Assembly (NCBI GenBank): GCA_965284505.1
Contig: OZ260094.1
Coordinates: 1,443,733 to 1,507,732, forward strand
DNA length: 64,000 nucleotides
From: Pseudomonadaceae bacterium
GTDB taxonomy: Bacteria; Pseudomonadota; Gammaproteobacteria; Pseudomonadales; Pseudomonadaceae
Reading direction: 5' to 3'
The notes below the pieces were generated by a model that saw only the letters and a program-made list of their open reading frames with translations, had not been told where the DNA came from and made no database searches. This document shows, piece by piece, positions 42,207-50,104 of this stretch. Both the position numbers and the translations under genes were made by a program. Position 1 is the stretch's first letter, and each line of letters begins with the position of its first letter.

Positions 42207-42953
42207 ATGACCACTCACACCCTCAACGGCAAAGTAGCGCTGATCCAGGGCGGCTCCCGCGGCATCGGTGCAGCCATCGTCCAACGCCTGGCCGCTGAAG
42301 GCGCCGCCGTGGCCTTCACTTACGTCAGCTCCGCGGCCAAGGCCGAAGCGCTGCGCGACAGCATCACCGCCAATGGCGGCAAGGCCCTGGCGATCAAGGC
42401 CGACAGCGCCGACGCCGAGGCCATCCGCAGCGCGGTCAACGCCACGGTGCAAACCTTTGGCCGGCTGGACATTCTGGTCAACAACGCCGGTGTCCTGGCA
42501 GTCGCGCCGCTGGAAGATTTCAAACTGGAAGACTTCGACCAAACCCTGGCGATCAACGTGCGCAGCGTGTTCATCGCCACTCAGGAAGCAGCCCGACACA
42601 TGGGCGAAGGTGGTCGCATCATCAACATCGGCAGCACCAACGCCGACCGCATGCCCTTCGCCGGTGGCGGCCCCTATGCCATGAGCAAGGCGGCGCTGGT
42701 CGGCCTGACCAAAGGCCTGGCGCGCGACCTTGGCCCACGGGGCATTACCATCAATAACGTGCAACCCGGCCCGGTCGACACCGACATGAACCCGGCCCAC
42801 GGTGACTTTGCCGAGAGCCTGATCCCGCTGATGGCTGTGGGTCGCTACGGCACTGCCGAGGAAATCGCCAGCTTTGTCGCCTACCTGGTGGGCCCGCAAG
42901 CGGGCTACATCACCGGTGCCAGCCTGACCATCGACGGTGGTTTCGGCGCCTGA
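42207..42953 (+). CDS. Short-chain dehydrogenase/reductase (FabG/BdcA-like)
   Basis: GGSRGIG, NNAG, YAMSK, NNVQPGPVDT; divergent from the LysR gene. Confidence 0.92.
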   Translation: MTTHTLNGKVALIQGGSRGIGAAIVQRLAAEGAAVAFTYVSSAAKAEALRDSITANGGKALAIKADSADAEAIRSAVNATVQTFGRLDILVNNAGVLAVAPLEDFKLEDFDQTLAINVRSVFIATQEAARHMGEGGRIINIGSTNADRMPFAGGGPYAMSKAALVGLTKGLARDLGPRGITINNVQPGPVDTDMNPAHGDFAESLIPLMAVGRYGTAEEIASFVAYLVGPQAGYITGASLTIDGGFGA

Positions 42954-42971
42954 AACCAGGCCCTGGAAAGT

Positions 42972-43010
42972 CAAACGCCGGGCAACCTCGATCAGGTTGC
43001 CCGGCGTTTG
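42972..43010. terminator. Hairpin between convergent SDR and HAD genes
   Basis: CAAACGCCGGGCAACC ... GGTTGCCCGGCGTTTG perfect 16-bp stem. Confidence 0.75.
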
Positions 43011-43029
43011 TCTGTGTAGCCGTTGCCAG

Positions 43030-43722
43030 TCAGGCCGTCTCGAACACCGGCAAGCCATAAGCCTGCAGCGGGAAGCTATCGAGACTGCGCAGAATGCGGT
43101 CGGCATGGGCGTACTTTTCATCGGCCATGGCCGCGTCTGGCACGGCAATGGCGGTCATGCCTGCCGCCTTCGCTGCGGTCACGCCGAATGGCGAATCCTC
43201 GAACACCAGGCAATCAGCGGGCGCCACACCCAGGCGGCGAGCGGCAGTCAGGAAGATATCCGGCGCCGGCTTGGCCGCGCCCACTTCAGGGTCATCCGCC
43301 GTGACAATGGTGTCGAACAGGGCAAACCAGTCGCGATGACGGGTGGCTTTCTGCGCAAACGACCCACTCGATGAACTGGTGCCGATGGCGATTGGAATCT
43401 GTCGGGACTTCAAGTGCTCGACCAGCTCGCGTGCGCCCGGCATCGCTGGGGCATGGGGGAATCGCTCCTGCAGCAACGGCTCGCGAATCCGCAGAAACTC
43501 CTCGGCACTGATTGGCAAGTCCAATGCCTGCACCACATAGCGCGCCAGGTCTAACGCACCACGGCCAATGATATTTTGCTTGATGGTCCAGTCGAAATGC
43601 CGGCCATAGCGCTGCGCAATGATCTGCGTGACCTCGGTGTAGATCCCCTCGGTATCGAGCAGCAGACCATCCATATCGAAAATAACGGCCTTGATCGGGG
43701 CCAGGTTCAACGGTGCATTCAT
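43030..43722 (-). CDS. HAD-family (Cbby/Gpp-like) phosphatase
   Basis: FDMDGLLLDTE, KPAPDIF, VFEDSPFGVTAA. Confidence 0.9.
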   Translation of the reverse strand: MNAPLNLAPIKAVIFDMDGLLLDTEGIYTEVTQIIAQRYGRHFDWTIKQNIIGRGALDLARYVVQALDLPISAEEFLRIREPLLQERFPHAPAMPGARELVEHLKSRQIPIAIGTSSSSGSFAQKATRHRDWFALFDTIVTADDPEVGAAKPAPDIFLTAARRLGVAPADCLVFEDSPFGVTAAKAAGMTAIAVPDAAMADEKYAHADRILRSLDSFPLQAYGLPVFETA

Positions 43723-43922
43723 CGCATCTGATCCGTTATCTACACAACATTCCGGGAACGGCTCAGGGGCAGCCATGACCCGATCCAACGCGCTGCTTGG
43801 CGCGGTGAAAGGGTTCAGCAGCATAGCGAGACAGGTTTACATGGGGCAACTATTTGCCAGCTTCATCTGCTCGATCCCTGACTAGGGTGGTTCGTGAACG
43901 CAAGGACAGCGTGGGCTGCTTA

Positions 43923-43938
43923 CTTATAATTTTATAAG
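43923..43938. promoter_or_regulatory. Putative TA autoregulatory operator
   Basis: Palindrome CTTATAA-TT-TTATAAG 40 bp upstream of the toxin; further ACTTAT repeats nearby. Confidence 0.6.
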
Positions 43939-43978
43939 CAAAGCATTGCATTACTTATGGATGACTTATTAAACTCTC

Positions 43979-44233
43979 ATGAATTCAATTTTCTGGACCC
44001 GCAAAGCCGTCAAGCAATTGTTGCGAATACACAGCGACCACCGTGGCAGGATCCGCGATGCAATCACTCAACTCGAACAGATGCCGGATGTGCCCAATGT
44101 CGAAGTCCTCACCCAGCACGTCTATGGCTATCGGCTGAGAGTCGGCGATTATCGGGTGTTGTTCGATTGGGACGGCGCGATTCAGGTGACCAGCATTCAA
44201 GAGGTTAAAAAGCGCGATGAACGCACCTACTGA
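43979..44233 (+). CDS. RelE/ParE-superfamily toxin (toxin-first, HigB-like arrangement)
   Basis: 84 aa with YRLRVGDYRVLF and C-terminal EVKKRDERTY; overlaps the antitoxin gene. Confidence 0.88.
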   Translation: MNSIFWTRKAVKQLLRIHSDHRGRIRDAITQLEQMPDVPNVEVLTQHVYGYRLRVGDYRVLFDWDGAIQVTSIQEVKKRDERTY

Positions 44234-44540
44234 CGTACAAATCATCCACGGACCCGACGGCGAGCCTGCCTTCGTGGTCATCCCCTACCAGCAGTACATC
44301 GCCCAGCAAGGCAGCGACGAGCTGATTCCCCACGCGGTAGTCAGCCGTATCGTCGACGGCGCGACGCCGATTCGTGCCTGGCGCGAACATCTGAACCTGA
44401 CCCAGGATGAAGTCGCCCGCCGCCTGGGCATCTCCCAGCCGGCGTTTGCCCAGCAGGAAGCGGTCAACAAACCGCGCCGGGCGACCCGCGAGAAAATCGC
44501 CGCAGCGTTCGGCATCCGCGCCGATCAGTTGGAGTTGTAA
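44217..44540 (+). CDS. XRE/HTH antitoxin
   Basis: N-terminal VQII..DGEPAFVVIPY segment plus HTH (WREHLNLTQDEVARRLGISQPAFAQQE). Confidence 0.88.
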   Translation: MNAPTDVQIIHGPDGEPAFVVIPYQQYIAQQGSDELIPHAVVSRIVDGATPIRAWREHLNLTQDEVARRLGISQPAFAQQEAVNKPRRATREKIAAAFGIRADQLEL

Positions 44541-44569
44541 CGATCCGCACGCCGATACCGGCGCCATGC

Positions 44570-44593
44570 AAAAGCCCGGCAATTCGCCGGGCT
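44570..44593 (-). terminator. Terminator of the glycine-zipper gene
   Basis: Minus strand AGCCCGGC-GAATT-GCCGGGCT-TTT. Confidence 0.65.
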
Positions 44594-44618
44594 CTGGTGC
44601 TGCAAACGGGTCGAAGGA

Positions 44619-44984
44619 TCAGTGCCCTTTCTTGCCCATGCTGTTACCCACTGCGCCACCTGCTGCACCGCCCAGTCCGGCACCGATAGTGGCGCCGTTC
44701 TTGCCACCCAGCGAGCGGCCGATCACTGAACCACCGGCAGCGCCTACACCACCGCCAATCGCGGCCTTGGTGCGGTTGCCCTTGTGGGCACCGGCAGCAC
44801 CACCTGCCGCGCCCGCGACACCGGCACCAATGGTCGCGCCAGTGCTGCCGCCCAGTTGCTGGCCGACCACGTTGCCCAGCGCACCGCCCAGGCCACCGCC
44901 CAGCGCCGCAGTGCCATTGCTGGCCGCCATTGCACCTTGAGCGACCAGAAGGCCCAGAACCAGAGCAGGCAGAGTTAAACGCAT
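44619..44984 (-). CDS. Secreted glycine-zipper protein (121 aa)
   Basis: Signal peptide MRLTLPALVLGLLVAQGAMA followed by repeated GxxxG (GAxIGAGxGGAAGGAxG) units. Confidence 0.85.
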   Translation of the reverse strand: MRLTLPALVLGLLVAQGAMAASNGTAALGGGLGGALGNVVGQQLGGSTGATIGAGVAGAAGGAAGAHKGNRTKAAIGGGVGAAGGSVIGRSLGGKNGATIGAGLGGAAGGAVGNSMGKKGH

Positions 44985-45119
44985 GACATGAACCTCAAAA
45001 AGTGTACGAATCCGTTGATTATTGGCGGCGGATGAAGGGTGTGTGTTCAGCCAATCCGGCGGCAACCCTTCTGCGCGCGAGGGTTGGACAGCATTTTCGC
45101 CAAGAGTTTTATCGCAGGC

Positions 45120-45148
45120 AAAAAAAAGCCCGCTGGGGAACGGGCTGA
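45120..45148 (-). terminator. Intrinsic terminator (second of two in tandem)
   Basis: Minus strand AGCCCG-TTCCCCAG-CGGGCT followed by a U tract. Confidence 0.75.
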
Positions 45149-45264
45149 CAAACTTGCTTCTAACGGATGATTCGAGACTACGACGTGGGTTGTGAAAGAA
45201 ACGTGAAAGGGTCAGACCAGCCCAACCGACTTCAATACAAGATGTGACACCGGCGAACAGACAG

Positions 45265-45290
45265 AAAAAACCCCGCACATCGGCGGGGTC
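45265..45290 (-). terminator. Intrinsic terminator after the 63-aa ORF
   Basis: Minus strand ACCCCGC-CGATGT-GCGGGGT followed by TTTTT. Confidence 0.78.
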
Positions 45291-45304
45291 AGTGGGGCAT
45301 GGGA

Positions 45305-45496
45305 TCACTTGCGCAAGCGCATCGCGACCTTGGGCATAAAGGGTTTCGTCGTGGTTTTGCTGGTCGAAGGTAACCGGGCCTGGCCTGGCTTGGTCGGCGT
45401 TTCACCAAACCCCGAGACGTAATCCGTCTGCCCGCAGTGCACACAGTTATTCACCGGGTACTCAGCGCCATCATCTTCAATGTACGGATTGCTCAT
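45305..45496 (-). CDS. Small hypothetical protein (63 aa, CxxC)
   Basis: Strong RBS GGAGG, ATG at 45496, MSNPYIEDDGAEYPVNNCVHCGQTDY..., own terminator. Confidence 0.65.
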   Translation of the reverse strand: MSNPYIEDDGAEYPVNNCVHCGQTDYVSGFGETPTKPGQARLPSTSKTTTKPFMPKVAMRLRK

Positions 45497-45639
45497 CTCT
45501 GCGTCCCTCCACACGGGCCTGCGCCGGCAAGCAACTGATTGCCTAAAAAACACAGCCCCTCAAGAGGTTTCAGACTAGCCGGTCATTTACGGACCACCCA
45601 TTCAAAACCTGTTACACCCGACGAACGGCTCTAGACCGC

Positions 45640-45960
45640 CTATTTGAGCCTGACCGCCGTGCCCGTGACGAACACCACCAACATACTGCCCTTGCCCGAC
45701 GGCATGCTGATTTCAAAGTTGACTCCCACCACCGCATCGGCCTGCAGTTTTGCGGCACGCTCCTTGAGCTCGTCCGTGGCCTGGGCCCGCGCTTCACGCA
45801 AGGCTTTCTCCAGGGTCTGGGAGCGCCCGCCGAAAAAGTCGCGCATCCCGGCGAACATATCCCGCACTACGTTGATGCCCTGCACCGACTCGGCGCTGAC
45901 GACGTCGAGGTAGGCAGCAATCTGCCGACCTTCAACACTGTGGGTCGTGGTAATAATCAT
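45640..45960 (-). CDS. YbjQ/UPF0145-family protein
   Basis: MIITTTHSVEG, RDMFAGMRDFFGGRS, ADAVVGV, VTGTAV. Confidence 0.9.
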   Translation of the reverse strand: MIITTTHSVEGRQIAAYLDVVSAESVQGINVVRDMFAGMRDFFGGRSQTLEKALREARAQATDELKERAAKLQADAVVGVNFEISMPSGKGSMLVVFVTGTAVRLK

Positions 45961-46055
45961 GAAGTGTTCCTTGCTGAACTGGCCGAAGCCCTGGAGACGT
46001 ACATACTCAATGGTGACGACAGCTGCCTGTCGCTGAAGGACGCGCGGGAGTGTGT

Positions 46056-46250
46056 ATGACGGTATTTCTGTTGCTGTACCTGTGCACCGACGCTACGCGC
46101 AGCAGTTGCCAGGTGATCCCGGTCGAACACTGGACGCAGGCTCATGCCTATCAACTGTGCGTCGCCGAGGCCAAGCGGTTGACCCGCGACCTTACCGCGA
46201 AAAACCGTCAAAGCAACTACTTCGTCTGCGAAACCCAGGTCGCGCCCTGA
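46056..46250 (+). CDS. Small exported four-cysteine protein
   Basis: MTVFLLLYLCTDATRSSC...C...C: hydrophobic N-terminus and four Cys, reminiscent of YebW/DUF1482-like proteins. Confidence 0.6.
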   Translation: MTVFLLLYLCTDATRSSCQVIPVEHWTQAHAYQLCVAEAKRLTRDLTAKNRQSNYFVCETQVAP

Positions 46251-46251
46251 C

Positions 46252-46587
46252 CTACAGGCAATCGCGCACTGCCTTGCGCAATGCCCCGGACTTGGCCCAT
46301 GGCGGCCCCTGATAGAGCGAAACCTTGCTGCCGTCCTTGTATTTGACGATGTCGAGAATCTCGTCAGCGGTGATCAGGCTCGGCGCGTTGATCCGGTAAC
46401 CATTGGATACCGAAGTCTGGCTCGCCTTGGGCACCTCTCGCTGCCAGGCCGGCAGCACGCACTCGGCGACCTCCTTGGGTGGCTTGGCCGACTCCTTGCT
46501 CAGGTTCGGCTCACCCGGCACCAGCGAAGCCGGCAACGAGCACCCCGCCAACAGCACACCCGCCAGCGCCGCGATGCATATCCGCAT
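46252..46587 (-). CDS. Small lipoprotein
   Basis: Lipobox LLAGC; two further Cys (VAECVLPAW, VRDCL). Confidence 0.78.
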   Translation of the reverse strand: MRICIAALAGVLLAGCSLPASLVPGEPNLSKESAKPPKEVAECVLPAWQREVPKASQTSVSNGYRINAPSLITADEILDIVKYKDGSKVSLYQGPPWAKSGALRKAVRDCL

Positions 46588-46746
46588 GATTATTCCTTGC
46601 ACCCAAAAGAGAAAATGTAGCTGCACTTGCCCTCCCCGACCAGCACCCACAACCGCCCAGACGCTGGCACCGACCAGCGAACTCGACTTTAATTTCTCTG
46701 ATGCACCCAGGAGTTTCGACACGACACTCACGAACGGGAGCCCACC

Positions 46747-47100
46747 ATGAAAACCCCTTCCATAGCCCTGGCCATCGCTCTGTCGCTGGCAACGGGCTGC
46801 AGCACCAACGCCCAGGTCTTCGCCAACCAGCCATTGGTGGCCAAGGTCGAAGACGGCATGAGCCAGGCCCAGGTCGAGCAAATCGGCGGCAAACCCCTCT
46901 CCACCAGCGCCCGCACCATCGAACCCGGCACCTGCAACGACTACCTGCTGACCCAGGCGGATCGCACGCAACACTACAACGTCAGTTTCGATGGCAACGG
47001 CAGGGTTGATCACAAAAGCTTCATGACCTGCGCCGAATGGAGCATGGCCCAGAAAAAAGCGCGGGAGCCTTCGAGTGGGGGTGGAGGGGGCGGGTATTGA
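46747..47100 (+). CDS. osmE: OsmE-like (SmpA/OmlA) lipoprotein
   Basis: Lipobox LATGC, QPLVAKVEDGMSQAQVEQIGGKP, GTCNDYLL, YNVSFDGNGRV. Confidence 0.75.
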   Translation: MKTPSIALAIALSLATGCSTNAQVFANQPLVAKVEDGMSQAQVEQIGGKPLSTSARTIEPGTCNDYLLTQADRTQHYNVSFDGNGRVDHKSFMTCAEWSMAQKKAREPSSGGGGGGY

Positions 47101-47297
47101 GCTGTTTTCGACACCTGGCCCGGCGCATATGTATTTCGCGAGCGGGCCAGGCCATTGCCGCTCATACGAGCGACCTGAACCTGCGAAATGTGCCGCTGTT
47201 GCTTTGAAACCACAAAATCGTTGGTTTCTCCGGCAGGATCATCTACAGTTCTGACAATTGTTTACAACGTATACAGATGCTATGAGAGGAGCAAATT

Positions 47298-47561
47298 ATG
47301 GCTTCGCCTGTGTTGTCGTTTCGTGTCGAGGAATTATTGGTTAAACAACTGGATCAACTGGCTGAAGCAACTGATCGCGATCGCCAGTACCATCTCAAAC
47401 GCGCCTTGGCCCGATACGTTGAGGCGGAATCCTGGCACATCAATGCAATCGCCGAAGGCATCGCTGATGCTGATGCAGGCAATCTCACAGATCTGAATAC
47501 TGTTAAGGCTAAATGGGTGAATCGTGCCAAGCATCGCATTGACGGACAAAGCGAACAGTGA
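47298..47561 (+). CDS. Ribbon-helix-helix (CopG-like) antitoxin
   Basis: SFRVEELLVKQLDQLAEATDRDRQYHLKRALARYV and IAEGIADADAG; overlaps the toxin gene. Confidence 0.85.
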   Translation: MASPVLSFRVEELLVKQLDQLAEATDRDRQYHLKRALARYVEAESWHINAIAEGIADADAGNLTDLNTVKAKWVNRAKHRIDGQSEQ

Positions 47562-47856
47562 TTTAGAGGCAATCCATGAGCACTACACCTCTTGCAGGGG
47601 AGCGGGCTTCGCAGACGATCTGATCGCTCAAATTTTCGAAGCACTGGAAAAGCTGGAAACGTTCACGGGCATGGGCAGACCCTCGCAGATGCCAGATATC
47701 AGGGAGTTGGTGCTGTCCAGGCTCCCCTTCATCGCTCCCTACCGAGTCGTCGGTAGCCAGATCCAGATCCTGCGCATTCTTCATGAGCGTAACGAGCGTT
47801 CCGAGGATTGGTGCGGGTCAGCTTGCGGTGAAATGCTGGAGCTTTGTAGACGGTAG
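47524..47856 (+). CDS. ParE-family toxin
   Basis: GTG start; IALTDKANSDLEAIHEHY, GMGRP, RELV, PFIAPYRV, QILRILH. Confidence 0.85.
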   Translation: MPSIALTDKANSDLEAIHEHYTSCRGAGFADDLIAQIFEALEKLETFTGMGRPSQMPDIRELVLSRLPFIAPYRVVGSQIQILRILHERNERSEDWCGSACGEMLELCRR

Positions 47857-47954
47857 TTGTAAACGACTCGAAGCTGTATCCCTTCCCTCGTAGCGCCATC
47901 ATCGGCGCCATAACCGACTTAGCCACCCTCGCGACGTTTTCCACACGCCAGAAA

Positions 47955-47998
47955 CCACAAACCCCCGACTTTCTCTAGGAAAATCAGGGGTTTGTGTT
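47955..47998. terminator. Hairpin immediately downstream of the tRNA
   Basis: CACAAACCCC...GGGGTTTGTG inverted repeat. Confidence 0.6.
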
Positions 47999-48007
47999 TG
48001 CAGAATG

Positions 48008-48097
48008 TGGCGGTGAAGGAGAGATTCGAACTCTCGATACAGTTTCCTGTATACACACTTTCCAGGCGTGCTCCTTAAGCCACTCGGACACTTCACC
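48008..48097 (-). tRNA. tRNA-Ser (anticodon GGA)
   Basis: Reverse complement GGTGAAGTGTCCGAGTGGCTTAAGGAGCACGCCTGGAAAGTGTGTATACAGGAAACTGTATCGAGAGTTCGAATCTCTCCTTCACCGCCA: 90 nt, long variable arm, GTTCGAATC T-loop, encoded CCA. Confidence 0.97.
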
Positions 48098-48406
48098 GTA
48101 TCTCTTCAAACAAGTTCTGTCTGTCGAGGCGCGCTAATGTAGTCGAAAGCTTTTCTGATGGCAAACATTTTTTTCAGAATTTTCATGCGCTTAAGCGATT
48201 TGTTGATTCCCGCGGGTTTGCGGGCAGGGCAAACCGGCCAATCTTCGGCCAAGGGGCGTGCGTCTATATAGAAGGCGATGCTCCGTGCGCGTGGCCGCCA
48301 GTGGCGGGTGGCGTGGGTTTGGCTGACTGGTCGGTCAGTCACGGCGCTTTACCTGGCCTGCGGCCATGGGTAACGTCTGCCCCACTTCTCTATAAGGAAT
48401 AGCGTC

Positions 48407-49096
48407 ATGAGTGAGTTGATTTCGTACCACCTCGAAGACGGTATCGCGACCCTGACCTTGTGCAATGGCAAGGTCAATGCCATCTCGCCGGACGTGATCG
48501 GCGCTTTTAATGCTGCGCTGGATCAGGCGGTGACGGATCGGGCGGTGGTGATCATTACCGGCCAGCCGGGCATCCTCTCTGGCGGTTACGACCTGAAGGT
48601 GATGACGGCCGGTCCGAAAGAAGCCGTGAGCCTGGTCACCGCCGGTTCCACCCTCGCCCGTCGCTTGCTGGCCCACCCGTTCCCGGTGATCGTCGCGTGC
48701 CCCGGGCATGCGGTGGCCAAGGGGGCGTTCCTGCTGTTGTCGGCCGACTACCGGATTGGTGTCGACGGCCCGTTCAGCATTGGCCTGAACGAAGTGCAGA
48801 TCGGCATGACCATGCACCACGCTGGCATCGAGCTGGCCCGCGATCGCCTGCGCAAGTCGGCGTTCCATCGTTCGGTGATCAATGGCGAGATGTTCGACCC
48901 GCAAGGCGCAGTGGATGCCGGTTTCCTCGACAAGGTGGTGGCCGCCGAGGAACTGCAAGGCGCCGCATTGGCAGCCGCGCGTCAGCTGAAGAAGATCAAC
49001 ATGACCGCGCACAAGAACACCAAGCTCAAGGTGCGCAAGGCCCTGCTGGATACCCTGGATGCGGCGATCGCCCAGGATCAGGCCCATCTGGTTTAA
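48407..49096 (+). CDS. Crotonase/enoyl-CoA hydratase-family protein
   Basis: GKVNAIS, SGGYDL, PVIVACPGHAVAKG, GLNEVQIG. Confidence 0.9.
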   Translation: MSELISYHLEDGIATLTLCNGKVNAISPDVIGAFNAALDQAVTDRAVVIITGQPGILSGGYDLKVMTAGPKEAVSLVTAGSTLARRLLAHPFPVIVACPGHAVAKGAFLLLSADYRIGVDGPFSIGLNEVQIGMTMHHAGIELARDRLRKSAFHRSVINGEMFDPQGAVDAGFLDKVVAAEELQGAALAAARQLKKINMTAHKNTKLKVRKALLDTLDAAIAQDQAHLV

Positions 49097-49312
49097 CGGC
49101 TCAGCCGCCAGCGAAGAAAAGTCCGACAATAGAGTCGGGCTTTTCCCTACGCAGCAGATGAATCAAGCCTCAGCAGCTCTAGTCTGCGCCTGACAGCAAA
49201 TGTCGGAAACATGCGCTTAAACATCGCCCATCTCCCTCCCCTATCGGAGTAATTGCCGAAAACAGTGCACATCCGTACACTGCGCCACCTTTTGTCCCTG
49301 GTGGGCCTGTAA

Positions 49313-50035
49313 ATGCTGTTTGTGTTTCGTATGTTGTTGATGGGTCTGCATTTTGTTCTGGCCGGTGTGCTCGGTGTGTTGCTCGGTCTGTTTCGCCCGT
49401 TCAATCCGGACAACAGCCGCCTGTGTGCCCGCCTCTATGCCTGGCCGGCCATGTGCATCCTGCGCCTGCGGGTCAGTGCCGACGTCGACTCGCTGACGCA
49501 CAAGAAACAAAGCTGCGTGGTGATCGCCAATCACCAGTCCAACTACGACCTGTTCGTGCTGGGCAACGTGGTGCCGCACCGCACCGTGTGCATCGGCAAG
49601 AAGAGCCTGAAGTGGGTGCCGCTGTTCGGCCAACTGTTCTGGCTGGCGGGTAATGTGCTGATCGACCGCGGCAACGCGCACAAGGCACGCCAGGCGATGC
49701 TCACCACCACCGACACGCTGCAACACAAGGACACCTCGATCTGGGTGTTCCCCGAGGGCACGCGCAATCTTGGCAAGGAGCTGATGCCGTTCAAGAAAGG
49801 CGCGTTCCAGATGGCCATCGCTGCCGGCGTGCCGATTGTCCAGGTGTGTGTCAGCAATTACATCAACCACATGCGCCTCAATCGCTGGAACAGCGGCAAA
49901 ATCCTGATTCGCTCGCTGCCACCGATTCCTACCGCCGGCCTGACCCTGGATGACATGCCGGCGCTGATCGAACAGTGCCATGCACAGATGCGCGAGTGCA
50001 TCGATGCGCTGGATCGGCAACTGCAGGCGGCTTGA
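49313..50035 (+). CDS. plsC: 1-acyl-sn-glycerol-3-phosphate acyltransferase
   Basis: ANHQSNYD (HX4D), IDR, FPEGTR, PFKKGAF. Confidence 0.9.
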   Translation: MLFVFRMLLMGLHFVLAGVLGVLLGLFRPFNPDNSRLCARLYAWPAMCILRLRVSADVDSLTHKKQSCVVIANHQSNYDLFVLGNVVPHRTVCIGKKSLKWVPLFGQLFWLAGNVLIDRGNAHKARQAMLTTTDTLQHKDTSIWVFPEGTRNLGKELMPFKKGAFQMAIAAGVPIVQVCVSNYINHMRLNRWNSGKILIRSLPPIPTAGLTLDDMPALIEQCHAQMRECIDALDRQLQAA

Positions 50036-50104
50036 GCGCCCCGCTCCACCCACAAGCAGGCTAAGCTGCACGCTGATCGTCACTGGAAGAAGTGAATAGG
50101 CACT

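Noticed and set aside
44985-45308. Long N-terminal extension of the glycine-zipper ORF
   Set aside because: It crosses two terminators; the signal peptide and RBS point to a start at 44984.
46675-46710. Possible AlgU promoter upstream of the osmE-like gene
   Set aside because: GAACT and TCTGA are present but spaced about 12-13 nt apart, not 16-17.
47729-48342. Short ORFs overlapping the tRNA region
   Set aside because: They overlap tRNA-Ser and its hairpin and have no coding signature; no integrase fragment recognised.
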